From: Antedon mediterranea
Taxonomy: Eukaryota; Animalia; Echinodermata
Direction: 5' to 3'
Length of the DNA: 64,000 nt
Assembly (NCBI RefSeq): GCF_964355755.1
Contig: NC_092676.1
Location: forward strand, 8,905,888-8,969,887
Shown piece by piece: positions 14,301 to 27,091 of the stretch (position 1 is its first letter; every line of letters begins with the position of its first letter). Both the position numbers and the translations under genes were made by a program. Below the pieces are notes generated by a model. It searched no databases and had not been told where the DNA came from. It worked only from the letters and a program-made list of their open reading frames with translations.

Positions 14301-15860
14301 TCCACAATGAATGTTTACATTTAATTCAACAAGAGTTACTGAGAATCAGTGGAAAATCAGTTGAACACTACGGTCTACCAGTAGTCCAGTCACAGAACTT
14401 TGAGCAACTCATCAACAAAGACTACATTTTTTATACTGATTATGACCCAGACGAACAAGGGTTATTCGCTGCTGACAAAGAAAAATCTCTCACTGGTGAA
14501 CAGAAAACCATTGCAACAGACTTTCTACATATGGTCAACAACAAAATCCCTGGAATCGTGTTTTTAGATGCCCCTGGCGAAACTGGCAAGACATTTCTTC
14601 TGAAGTATTTACTACACACAATTCGTTCGAAGGGGTGGATTGTGATTGCATGTGCATCAAGTGGGATTGCAGCTACGCTTATTCCAGGTGCAAGAACTCT
14701 TCATTCGACCTTCAAAATTCCATTAGATGTTCAATACAGAGATCACCCAACATGCAGTATTAATAAAAACTCAGCCCTAGCTTCTATATTTAGGGAAACC
14801 AGAGGACTAATCGTCGATGAGGCTCTAATGACCCACAAATCAGCATATGAGGCCATGAATTACACATTGCGAGACATCACAGCAGCAGCACAACCATTCG
14901 GTGGTATTCCAACATTGTTGTGTGGTGATAAGCGCCAGATACCCCCTGTAGTGAAAAACGGTACTCGAGTCAATGTTATTGATGCTGCTATTCAACAATC
15001 TTATTTATGGACTAACATCAAAACCTACAAAATGTCCACAAATATGAGAGTACATCTAGCAAACAGCTCTGAAGAGTTTTCTGAATTTCTTTTATCAATT
15101 GGTGAAGGACGTTTTCAAGTTCTCCTACCTCCAGATACAATCAAGTTGCCAGCATTCATAAACCATTGTGCAAGTTCTAATGCTTTAATCGATGCTGTAT
15201 ATGGCCAAATTCTGAACCATTCTACTGACCATCAATGGTTTCTGGAAAGATCCGTCCTTGCTCCACTAAATGAAACAGTGAATCAAATTCAGTCCTTACT
15301 AACTACCCTGGAGAACTAAAACAATTTAAATCAATTGACTCTACTTTGACTAATGAAGAAGCCGTACATTTTCCCGTTGAGTTTCTCAATTCTATCGACA
15401 TAATCAGCACTACCGCCTCACTTACTGTTACTTAAAGTTGGATGTCCCATTATAGTGCTCAGATCATTGGATCTACCTAATATAACTAATGGAACTAGAT
15501 GTATTATCCACAAACTAAATCCAAATGTTCTCGAGGTGGTAATTTTAAACGGACCAGGAGCAGGAAAACGTGCACTTATACCGAGAATTCCGTTGACACC
15601 TTCAGACGGTGACCTGCCGTTTAAATTTAAACGCCTTCAATTTCCCATAAGACTGTCTTTTGCTATGACCATAAATAAGTCACAGGGTCAAACGTTCAGA
15701 AGTGTTGGCATACACCTAGATACAACAGTTTTTTTCACATGGCATGCTGTATGTTGCCCTGTCAAGAGTTGGTTCACCTGAACACTTACATGTATATGTA
15801 CCAGATTCAAATACGCGAAATGTTGTATATCACAAACTACTGATGAACTAGGCCTAACTG
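11327..15860 (+). pseudogene. Helitron Rep/PIF1-helicase (RepHel), frameshifted near the C-terminus
   Basis: Rep motifs FITTTTNPKW, VEFQKRGLPHAHILLW (HUH) and KYVLKYVHK; helicase motifs DAPGETGKT (altered Walker A), IVDEA, GDKRQIPPV, QFPIRLSFAMTINKSQGQT. Main ORF stops at 15319; the rest is in other frames. Confidence 0.93.
11410..11700 (+). repeat. 63-bp coding tandem repeat (21-aa RLNETPEQTTARLESE..) in the RepHel N-terminus
   Basis: About 4.5 in-frame copies, visible in both DNA and protein. Confidence 0.9.
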
Positions 15861-16320
15861 GAATAACTGAATACACACAAACTACTACTATGGAGGTAAA
15901 TACTACATTGTTGCTCTGTGTGTTCTAATATGTATTACAAAGAGTCACTTTCTATCATTATTTCTATTGACAGTTAAGGTCTGATCCTTCAGTGTCATCA
16001 ATGCAACTAACTCCCGCCCTGGGGCGGGTATCTTTGCTAGTAAATTATATTTGCTCTGAGATATATAAAAACATTAAGTTTTTGCTTTTTAACAATAATT
16101 TGCCAATTTGTCTTACTTAAGCAACAACAAGAAACAGCACATGCAGTCCATATATTCAATAACCTTTTAATTTATTTTTTTGTGTAGGATATTAAGATAA
16201 TGAATACAATTGTAGATTTACTGTATCATCATCATCAACTAAAACAGTGAGTCGGTTTAATTGGATAGTTTGAATGTTGAGCTTATATAAAACACTGTCC
16301 AACAAGGCGATATACATATA

Positions 16321-16405
16321 GTCCCGTGCTCAAGTTAGTGTTTACCGACCGATCGACCGACCGACCGACATAGTGAGCTGTAGAGTCGCGTTGCACTTGA
16401 CTAAA
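16321..16405 (+). repeat. Short interspersed repeat with (GACC)n and a 3' hairpin (HINE-like)
   Basis: (CCGA)n array followed by the imperfect hairpin AGTCGCGTTGCACTTGACT and an A-run. Confidence 0.55.
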
Positions 16406-16614
16406 AAGCATGTCATTATAAAGCTTGGATCCCATTACCTAATTTGTTTATTTCTTCTCTTAATTTTTTCTTTCATACACTCGAGTGACAAGACAAGAAA
16501 CAAACTCCAGATAATGTCGAAACAACCGCTAATAATAGAATAAAATAGGAAGCCATCTTAGTTCTTCTCGTATCGTTTTACTTTATTGAACTCTACCTCC
16601 GTGTATGGGGCATG

Positions 16615-18265
16615 TCTCTATCTATGACCTGAAATAATTACACTTAATTAAATAATATATAAATTTAATTATATGTGTATATACATTAGTATTAGCATGA
16701 TAGATTAATGACAAGAAATGATGACTTAACAGAAAATAATGACAAGGAAACTTTGAGTGTATACTGTAGATCGCTATAACTGTTTTTGCGACCACTACGA
16801 CTAGTATAGGCGTACGTGTTACTATTTTGCGTCAGGTTATAAAGTCAGGATAAATTATTATTTTTCTTTGTCATATTCGAACATTCAATCGTTTACTTGC
16901 AAACACAGGAACCTATTGTGCATTATACGTACATCTGCAAACAATGTACGTGTGCAAAATATAAACGACTCTCAAATTACGGGTAATTCATTATCTGTAG
17001 TTTTTTTTTGTCTTATGTAGGATTGACCCACTTTTATTTCTTCATTAATAAAATGTTCGTTTACAATGCATTGCACATGAGTAATGTAATGATAAAATAC
17101 AATATAATTGACATATAACTTTCAGTACATCTGATATCTCACTCCTACCATTGCATTTTATATATAATAGTATAATGAAAGAAGAAAAAAAATTTCCTCT
17201 ATGTTATACACTCTTTACACGTTTTTCAATCCTTAACAATGTACGTATAATTTACCACAGAATTCTTTATTTTATAACTCTTTTTATCTCTTTCAGGCAA
17301 TAAAAAAAAGTTATATTTTACATTACCTAAATATCAATTTTATAAACGTTAATTTTATACCTTGCTAAATTGTTACGGTCCATATCTGACCACATTTGTT
17401 TTGCCTTTTCTTTATTTATTAAAAACTCACAATTGATTATACTTTCTAACTCCGCAGTGAACATTAACCATGGACATTTTTTAACAAGTCCTAGTCTGTG
17501 TTTGACTTTACTTTTATAAACACAGAAAGTTAAAATGGAAAATATTTCAATAATTTTGACATCACATTCATTATCTGTAGTTAATAGACGAATTGCTCAT
17601 GTCTTGTAAATAACATGAAGAGTGTGACCAGGCCAATTACAACAGTATTCTTGCCTTTCATGGTCTGTTGGTGATAAGGTGATCCAGTTCATGGTATCTA
17701 GCAACGACGCAGGTCCTGGAAGACGACGGAGACATGCCGACGGTCCCTAATTTGTTACACCCCTTCACCCATAATTTGTTGTATGTATTTGCTGTAATGC
17801 TGATGAGTGCCATTTTTTTTCTCAAATTCGTTAAACGTAAATAATTTTTTAAATTTTCTTTTGAACAGGAACAATACATTCTATAGAGGGTGCCGTGCTC
17901 AATTGCATTTTTTTTAGTCTTATTCTCACCTTTGCACGTAACTTTTTACACGATACTACGTGCGTAATAAAATATGAAAACCTGTATACTTGACAATGAT
18001 CTATTTTGTTAATCCTCTGGAAAACATTACCGGTGTTAAAGTAAGATTTAATTCAGGTCTATATTCCTAATTGGTGTCGTGCCCAGAATCCACGTTGTGA
18101 CTGAGTCAGAAATAAGTTAACATTAGTTATAGTTAACCTTTTTGCTTTACGTTCTCCGTGGTTAAAGCTATTTCCAACCTGGCGCTTATTTATTATTGAT
18201 ACGCATCGAATCACCTATTGCAAATTCATCTTTCACACTTGTCAATGACTGGGTTGTTACTCCTT
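16615..18265 (-). pseudogene. Scattered remnants of a further Ig-gene unit (copy C)
   Basis: 16620-16696 matches 5427-5488; 16790-16803 resembles ~5930 and ~22035; 18160-18262 matches pieces of 5975-6128 and 22095-22166. No intact Ig domain. Confidence 0.55.
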
Positions 18266-19187
18266 CGTTAATATTTTTTGGAGACCAACATTAGAGTTGT
18301 CCATCACAGCCTTATCATTGACTGTAACGGTTAAAAGAGCCGAACCTCGGTTCGACTATTTTTGGTGTTTTTTTAGAATTTGAGAGAGATTATTATAATT
18401 TAGATGGTTAGGTTAAGTTAAAATAATTAGGAAACATAAGAGATATTTTATTATCTCAAAAACAGAAGAGGAGCTTGCAAAAAAAAACCCAGATTCATAT
18501 CATTCATAAATAAAAAAATACAGAATAAAAGTCACCTCACAAGTAACCTATTATACCTTTAGCAACAAACGAATCATGACATGTAATGAACTTTCATATA
18601 GGGATAGTATGGGTGATATCCACATTATGGAGGGGATGAAGTTCATCAGTTTTAATATGACAAAATATATTTGTTACCCTGCTAGAGAGAGAGACAACCG
18701 AAGGCAAACATATACCAGTTATTCTACTCACTTTTCTAATCAGACAATCTATTAATTCTTTATCTTTGTTAAAAGCAATTCTTCCCCATCCCCTTAAGCA
18801 ATTACTCCAAACCCCACAAATAACTGAAGTAAATAGAAGGTGATTATTTTGCATGTTACTAACATTAAAGCGTTCATTTTTAAGGCAGTAAATACGAGTA
18901 TTTCTTACTAACATATTCTAAATGTTCAGAAAAATTAAAAATAGTATCAAATTTCCCTTCTATGTACTTATAACTAAAGACTTCTTTACATGATTACCAT
19001 CACTGACAATATCATCAGTAGATGCCTTGAATTTAGTACGAAACATATATTACCGTACCATTTCTTGATGGTTTTTATTACAAAACCTTACAAAGCGGTC
19101 AATTTCAACTTTATGATGACTATAGTTGTCATAGATGACAAATTTCGTTTTTGTAAAAGCACAAGTTAACGGAGTACTTACTCGAAC

Positions 19188-19217
19188 GTTTCGATCTCTA
19201 TCAGAGATCCTTCTCAA
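19188..19217 (-). ncRNA. Variant minimal hammerhead-like motif in the Penelope pLTR
   Basis: Minus strand TTGAGAA-G-GATCTC(TGATA)GAGATC-GAAAC; the core deviates from canonical CUGANGA. Confidence 0.45.
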
Positions 19218-21152
19218 CTGACTGTGGAGTGTTAATGCAGCTTGGTCATTCTTGACGTCATCTGTTGATGACGTCGTACGCCTCCGGTTGTAGGTTGGAG
19301 GTTGTGCGGGGCTCGGCCAGGTGATGTGTCTATCAAATAATTGTACAAATGCGAGAGTTCGTGGGCTCCAGTGTCCCGGTTTATGGTCTTCTCCTTATTT
19401 CTCCTTATATGTAATGATTCTCTAATCTGTCTATCTTTGCGTTTAGGCTCTTTGGTTAAGATGGTCGCCTCCCAGTTCGGTACATGATTGTGTTTTATGA
19501 CATGTTCTGTAATGGCAGATTTGTGTATGATCGAAGATGTGGATGTTCTGGAGGCCCTAGTCATTACTCCCCCCGTGTTTGTTGTAACATCTTTTTTGTG
19601 ATCATTAATTCGTGTTTGTAATGCCCTCCCTGTTTCCCCAATGTAAACTTGTGGACAGTTGCGGCAGGTGACTTCGTAGATTACTCCACATGTATCCATC
19701 TTCTCGATTTTATCTTTTGGGTGGACGAGGCTATTCTTGATTTTATTTTGGGGTAGGAAATAGGTTCCGACATTGTGATAGGAGAGAGTGCGTATTCTTT
19801 CTGCCATTCCTTTTACATAGGGGATTCCTATGCTACCTCGCATCTTGATCTTTTCCTTCTGTGGTTCGTGTCCTTTGTTCTTTTTTCTTTTTCGGTTTTC
19901 CATAACTCTCTGGAAGGACTACTCTGAATACTGGCAGTTGTGTAACGCTTTCTTGATGTTATCCATCTCAACTTTCCTCAAATCCATATCTCCCACTACC
20001 TTCTCAGCTCTGTCCACAAGCGTGTTTATAAGCCCCAGTTTGTGTTCGAGTGGATGATGTGAGTTGAAATGTAAATATTGGTCTGTGTGAGTGGGCTTCC
20101 GATAGACTGAGGTGGTAACTGTTCCATTGTCATTGAGTGTGATGAGCATGTCCAGGAAAGGTATTGTGTTGTTTGTCATGGATTCTGTGGTGAACTTGAT
20201 ATTGTCAGTTATATCGATGTTATTAAGATGTGTGTTAAATGTATGTACTGTACCTGTGGGGATGATAGCTAATACATCATCAACGTATCGTTTCCAATAC
20301 ACAGGCTTGATGTTAGTGGGTGCCGTGTTTATGGCTTGATGTTCGAGCCACTCTAGATACAAGTTCGCCAATATAGGACTTATTGGGCTTCCCATAGCAA
20401 TGCCTTGTATTTGCCTATAAATGTTACCATTGAACGAGAAATAGGTTTTGTTCACAATTAAACCGAGGAGCTCCATTATGTCTGTCACATGTAGTTTAGT
20501 TCTATCCAGAAGTGTCGGATCTGTTGTTCACTCGCCAACTCTCCTGAGTAAGTTACATGATGTTCTGTGTTTCCGACAAGCGGACCCAGGATTTTGGTGA
20601 GGAATTGTGCAACGGTGTAAAAAATGGTGTTGATGTTATCTACTATAGGTCTTAATGGCCAATTTGGTTTATGTATCTTCGGAAGACAATACAACCTAGG
20701 TACAATTTCAGCCGTGGGAAACAGCCCTTCTTTCTCTCTGTAGTTGATTTTCTTTTCTTTGAACAACCTGCCTATGATGTTGACCACTTTTCGTTTATAG
20801 TTTTGTGTTGGATTACGTTTTAGCAGTTCGTAAACATTAGTGTCGCTCACCATGGTTCCCACTTTATCTTTGTAATCAGTAGTATTTAGGATGACAGTAG
20901 ATCTACCTTTATCCGCTGGGAGAATAAGAATAGATTTATCTTTCTTCAAGTTCTTTATGGCCTTTCGTTCTTTGGGGGTTAAATTTGAAGGTGGTAGAGT
21001 GGTAGATTTTACAATAGCTACAATTTTACTGCGAACGGTGTCTTGTTCTTCCAGGGGGACGAGATCAGCCTCCAACCTACAACCGGAGGCGTACGACGTC
21101 ATCAACAGATGACGTAAAGAATGACCAAGCTGCATTAACACTCCGCAGTCAG

Positions 21153-21182
21153 TTGAGAAGGATCTCTGATAGAGATCGAAAC
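21153..21182 (+). ncRNA. Variant minimal hammerhead-like motif in the inverted pLTR copy
   Basis: Same motif as 19188-19217, on the + strand. Confidence 0.45.
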
Positions 21183-21919
21183 GTTCGAGTAAGTACTCCG
21201 TTAACTTGTGCTTTTACAAAAACGAAATTTGTCATCTATACAAAATCGAAGCTAAATGAAATTCTTTCAAGATATAGTTGTCATGTTCAATAAGAACCAT
21301 GATGGCCGTGTCATTGGCAAATTGTTCGAGGTGAACACATTAAATAGGAAAAGGGTTAAAACTGTGCCCTGTGTTACTAATAACTATTAATCTTTCCGAT
21401 TTTCAATGAAATCTTTTGGAGAGAGGGGTTATGGTTAGGCGTTTCCGGTAGCAATATTGTTTCTCTTCATACCAAATTAGGCTCAGTGCATGCATTATTC
21501 ATGATTTCTGAATTAAATGCCGGGAAAAAAAATACTGCGTCCCAGTACGGTCTCCGCATTATTTTTGACAGTTTCTGATTAAGAAATGTGTTTAAAACAT
21601 GGGTCGGTATTAATTCAATTCTTCAATTGCATTAAATTCTACCTATTACATTCTATAAAACTTCACCTTTTATTTTTATTCAACTAATTTAGACAATAAA
21701 GACACTGAACCTTAACATTAAATGCTACAGTGTTTACTTCAGAGCCTGATGGACTGAATAAGGCCTATAGGTCATTCCGTAATAGTTCGAACGGTTTCCG
21801 TTCTCCGCAAATTGTGTTAATTACTGATTTAATCTATTGCACACATTGTATGTAAAACATAATAGTTATTTGCATAAAAGGCTTCTACATGCTATAGCTT
21901 ATAAACTGAATTCTTGTAC

Positions 21920-24900
21920 TGTATATCATATGCAAACTTATCACTTTTATTTTCATAAGGTAGATTCCGTCTTCATATTGTGTCTAGCTTGCTTGAGTTT
22001 GGTTTTTATTGCAAATGTGCTCTGAAAGCTCATGCTATAACTGTTTTTGCGACAACTACGACTAATTAGTAGTATGCGTACATTTAATTTGCCATTGATA
22101 CGCATACTTCAAATTACCTATTGCAAATTGATCTTTAACACTTGTCAGTGACTGGGTTGTTACTCCATTTTCATTTAATATAATCAGGATTACCTTACCC
22201 TGAGCTGGCAGTGTTAAATCATGCGTTTGATGGTTAAAGATGTATTGTCCCCCTGAAAACAATTTTTTTTTCAATATTTTTGTTGAATAGGCCATTTTAA
22301 TTGCACATAAAAGTTATTCACTTTGACCTCAATTTGGATTGAAAAAAATAATTTTTTACACGGGAAAATCGCAATTTAATGCAAAAATTAACCAACCGGA
22401 AGCTATTTGTCTGGAAGACAAATGTGTTCCGGTTTAATTTAACCCTTGACCTGAGTTAGCTCATAAATATTCATATTGTATGGATACATCATGTGGATGA
22501 TGATGCTTTCCAAATCAACAGCCAACAACGATAGCAATGCATGCGTGCGAGAGAGTCGAGTAGTGATGCGAGACGAATCTTGAAGAAAACACGAAAACTA
22601 TAGCTAGCAGAATGCTAAGTTAGAATTACAGTTGGTAACTTTGATGTTGAATCTTATTCATTTAGGTGAGTTTTTGTTTCGGTAACAGGAGAGGCCTAGC
22701 TAGGCCTAGGCCCGAATTTGCTGCTACTGTACTACTACTAGCACTGGCAGTCTCGAGTAGCCTAACTGCTGCCTACTTCTGTCTCTAGAAGTAGAGTGTA
22801 GTAGGCCTAGGCAGTACACTGCTAGCTAGGGCTACAGTAGACCACCACCAGAAGGGATGTATTTTTGCTTCTATCATAATGAATTGGTTTAATTTTTAAA
22901 GATTTCAACTATCTATTCGGCAGTGAAAATAAAAAAAAAAAGAAAATCTAAATATTGTTTTGGATGTTTTACTGATGCAATATTTTAAAAATATTTTCTG
23001 TATCAAATGCAATAGGTTAAAATTAACATTCCGCAAATAAACATTTTATGCAGATATTTTGACACAAATTTCTTTTTTTTTTAGGTTGATTGATTGAACA
23101 ATAAGAGCAAGTAGTGAGAAACATAAAATGTATCGTACAGTGGCAACATTCACAATTTATTGAAACGTTTCTTACTATTAAAATGACACTTGGTAATGGA
23201 TGTGAGCGATCTTAGAAGACCATAGCTGTCGTAATTACTGCCACAATCAACACATTGATAATTAGTAGACAAATTGACACAAAAAACAATACAGGAATTC
23301 AATAAGATATACTGTATATATATATTTTATTAACTCCTTTTGCACTGTAATATTTACAGTAAAATTATGAAGTGTAAGTAAATTTGAAGAATTTATCCTG
23401 TGTACTTTTGTAGTAGTTTTTTTTATATTTATTGAATGTTATGTTTACAAAATAATATACTGTACATATAATAAAAAAAAAATTATACAATATTTTACAA
23501 GCTGGACAAGAACATATTGGCCGAATGCAGCAGGAGAGTCGGAAATATTTTTCCTGCAATATCCAATCATATTCCAATATAATACCGAGTCTATCATTGT
23601 TGTCTTTGGGTGACCTCTGTTCCAGTCTTCATCAGCTCAACGTCTTTAAAGAAAGTAAAAGCAAAGTATGAAAATCTGGAAAAAATAGATCATGCATATT
23701 TAGTGCAAAATTGGGCTAGTGAAATTGCTTACTTTGACATAGTCAAATAAGTATACTACCTTTCTATGGTAATTAAAACACATTACTTATAATGTTATAA
23801 CTTATAAAAAGAGAAAATAAATATTTGACTTACTACAGTACAGAGAACATTTGTTTGTGTTGTAAAATGGCTAAGCTGGCTTTTCCCCTCTGTCTACTTG
23901 TACAGTGCTGCTGGAAGGTTCTCAATTTCAGGCTTGTATTGCAACCATTTTCCCTGAAAAATGTTTGTTTTATTTTTATCATAAAAATTAGTTAAACAAG
24001 CTTCAACTGTAAATATATATGGTACAGCAAGCTGGCTGTATTTTCGGAATGTAGCTAAGATTGATGGCATATAGCCTAGGCCAGTCTATGAAGAGTACAA
24101 TGTATAGGGCCTAGCTGGGCATCTTCTGCAGGGACCCGATTGTCACAGTCTGCTTGCTACTACTAGCCTAGTAATATGCAGCAGCATGTATTAATTATTC
24201 TAGGCCTAGCCCTGAACTGAAAAAATCCCAGGCTAAGTTAATTAATTTACCTTCCTGTTATTATTGCGTTATATATATTATTATATTTAAAATAACCGTC
24301 TAGGCCTACTTACCGACAAATTAACAGCTCAGCTTTACATATTTATACGATCAGGCCAGGGAACCCCACAGTCGAGTCGCGTCGATCTCTGGTGGTGTTG
24401 TTGTACATACAACGTGCATCGTCCATTGTTAGATCAGATCTCTGCTGTGTGGATGCTCATTAACATATCATGCATATGTATGAATTAGCTCTACCGGCCT
24501 AATTTCTGAGCCGATGAGTTCGAAAAAATGGTAAACTTATTTTGATTTTTTTATAAGCGAAATCAATATTTTTTTCGGATTTTTTTTCGGTGGAAGTGAA
24601 TAACTTTATGTTAACTACAAAACAGTCTATTCAAAATTTGATTTTTTTCATCTTTATTTTTCAATTTTTGGGGGACAATACATCTTTAAAGCTATCTCCA
24701 ACCTGAAGTCGACCTGGCTGTGATTGTTCAATGTCTGCATTGGTGAATCGACATAAACGGAATAGTTTCACAAGTTCCTACAACTTTACTATACGGTCTT
24801 GATTTTAAAATATTATTTGGTTGTATTTTCCAATTAATCAATTGTCCGTCTTTATACCAACGTAAAGATATGTCATTTGAAGAAGAAGAACATTTCAGCG

Positions 24901-25257
24901 CTGTTCCTATTTCACCATTGTCACTGCATGTTATGTCTTGCAATACATAAACATCTCGAGAAAGATGAATGAATGAACCACCGTCCCAGATATCACACCT
25001 GTATCTTCCCACGTCATCATCAACATTAAAAATAGAAAGATATGAGCAGATTGAATTACTTGTTACATTGTATATTAATGTTGATCTTTCAATTCGATTA
25101 GGCGTACCACCACGAGGGAATACTGACCAGAAAAAGGCATGTGTTCCATTCAATGCTGGTATCCATTCACACGACAGCGTTGCTGTTTGTCCTTTCGCAA
25201 CGGAAACCGATTCTGGATGTTTTATAAAAATATTATAGGATTGTGCAAAACAACATT
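21920..25257 (-). pseudogene. Ig-domain gene copy D, 5'-truncated and split by a Kolobok insertion
   Basis: 24690-25255 is highly similar to copy B (ORF 24728-25153) with an internal deletion; the downstream part resumes below 22237; the signal-peptide region is replaced by LINE sequence. Confidence 0.85.
22238..24685. mobile_element. Non-autonomous Kolobok-type DNA transposon
   Basis: Terminal inverted repeats AGATGTATTGTCCCCC..GGGGGACAATACATCT with AG..CT termini; TTAA TSD at 22234-22237 and 24686-24689; empty site GATGGTTAAAGCTATC in copy B (~6106-6121). No transposase ORF. Confidence 0.88.
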
Positions 25258-25259
25258 TA

Positions 25260-27090
25260 CCTGATAAAATATAATCAACCGGAACATTGACTGGAAGTAG
25301 TCAATGGGTTTTGGTTAAATTTAACCTTTTTATTTTGTCTTTTATAAGCGAAGTTCTCGTAATTTTCTCCTCGTATCACGTCGAGTTACAGACATTATGC
25401 CAATTTCAATCAACAACATTACCTTTTCCATGGAAGCCTCAATTCGCACTGCCAATTGACAATGAAAGCTTTGTTGATGTGTTTTTAAAGTTGACAATTT
25501 ACTAACTAATTGGTCAGATGTTCTGAATTGTGATGATACAAATACTGCTTGGTCAAAATTTATCTCAATAATGCAACATGTCACTGACTCCCTTACTCCC
25601 TTAAAACAGGTTCACCTAAAGAAAAAAGTTAATCCATGGCTTAATGATGACATTATAAACGCGATTCATCTTAGAGATGCATTTTTTAACAAATTTAAAA
25701 AAGATAAATCTAACAAAGAATTATACAAGAATTATTGTGTTAAACGTAATCATGTTCAACGAATGGTTAAAAAGGCAAACTCATCCTGTTTTAGAGATAA
25801 GCTTGAAGAAAATAAAGATAACCCAAAAAATCTATGGAATAACCTTAAGAATATTTGTTTCTCACAAAAGGATAAGCCTAAAACTAAAATAATTATTGAA
25901 GCTTTTTTAGCCCCAAAGATGTTGCCAATCAATGTTTATTTTACTGGTGTTGCATCTGCCCTTGTGAATAAACTTGCTTCTTGCAGTGGTATTTTTAGTA
26001 CTGTGTCTGATGCATTTAAGAAATTTTACCTTTCTAACATCAATAATTCTGTTAAATGATGTGTTACATGAACTAAAACGACTTAAAACCCATACTCTAG
26101 TACTGGATTGGATGGGATCTCTTCCGGATTCTTGAGAGATGGCTCGGAGACGCTGACGCCAATTATTACAGATCTTATTTAACCTTTCTATCTCTAAAAA
26201 CGAAGACTCTATGAAAGTTGCCAAAAACAAATTATTCCCCATGACAAAAAAAAAACCGGACTCGAATGGAAAATTACCGACCAATTGGCATTCTCTCAGC
26301 CCTCTCTTAGATTCTGGAAAGGTGCGTATCCAATCAACTCAATAACTATCTTAATAATTTTAAACTTCTTTTTAAATACCAGTCTGGGTTCCGAGAGTGG
26401 CACTCTACTGAGTCGTATTTATTTAATCTTGTTGACCAAATTAAAAGTAATATCTCTCATGGCCTCTACACAGGCATGGTGCTTATTGATATTCAAAAGG
26501 GGTTCGATACTGACGACCACGGCATCTTGTGTAAAAAACTTGCCAAGATTGGAGTGAACAGTGTTGAATGGTTTCAATCATATCTTTCTACTAGGAGCCA
26601 GTTAGTTAGTATTGAACACGAACTACCTGAAGCCAGACAGATCTCTTGCGGTGTCCCACAGGGCAGCATTTTAGGCCCTATTTTATTTTTAATTTACATA
26701 AATGATATGTCTATATGCATTGATCAAGATTGTACTCTTCTTCTCTACGCAGATGACAGTGCTATAATCTTTAGTCACACTGACCCAGATGTTATTTCTA
26801 TCAAACTTGGTAAAGTTCTTAAAATGTGTAGCAAATTGTTAATTGATTATAGGCTTTAATTGCACGCTGGTAAAACTGAACTTATTGTGTTTTGCTCCGA
26901 GAAAAAACAACGTATTGTGAGTGAGCTCTGTGTTACGTTTAATGGGCACACAATCAAATCTAGATCAACGGTTAACTACCTTGGCATCGAACTTGATCAA
27001 TCGCTCAGTTTTTCCAGTTAATCCAGCTAATCATATTATTTCTATAATTAACGGTAGGCTTCGTTTCCTTTATAGGAATAAACAATGTTT
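25260..27090 (+). mobile_element. Degenerate L2/CR1-group LINE ORF2 fragment
   Basis: NPWL..I, TGLDGI, DIQKGFDT, GVPQGSILGPILFLIYIND, LLYADD; many frameshifts; related to 48762-50095. Confidence 0.85.
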
Positions 27091-27091
27091 A

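Larger units (their letters stand above)
7616..16040 (+). mobile_element. Helitron (autonomous type, now defective)
   Basis: 5' A|TCTATATT followed by GTCT/GTTT microsatellite; 3' GC hairpin CCCGCCCTGGGGCGGG (16013-16028) then CTAG|T at 16037-16040; encodes RepHel. Confidence 0.88.
19133..21272 (-). mobile_element. Penelope-like element, 5'-truncated (RT + GIY-YIG), with inverted pLTR
   Basis: PADKG, LYCLPKIHK..PLRPIV, GIAMGSP, RYVDD, VYRKPTHT (RT); GVIYEVTC..C..VYIGET (GIY-YIG). About 170-bp inverted repeats at 19131-19301 and 21069-21239. TSD TATAGTTGTCAT at 19121-19132 and 21273-21284; empty site near 31225. Confidence 0.93.
18540..21410 (-). mobile_element. Decayed Rex1/Babar-like LINE fragment interrupted by the Penelope element
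   Basis: The uninterrupted paralog at 30861-31390 reads NTGAPQGTVSAPFLF..NVAKTKEMVI; C-terminal ..DELHPLH in ORF 18594-18914. Confidence 0.6.

Noticed and set aside
22238-24685. piggyBac element (TTAA TSD)
   Set aside because: Termini are AG..CT rather than CC..GG, which fits Kolobok.
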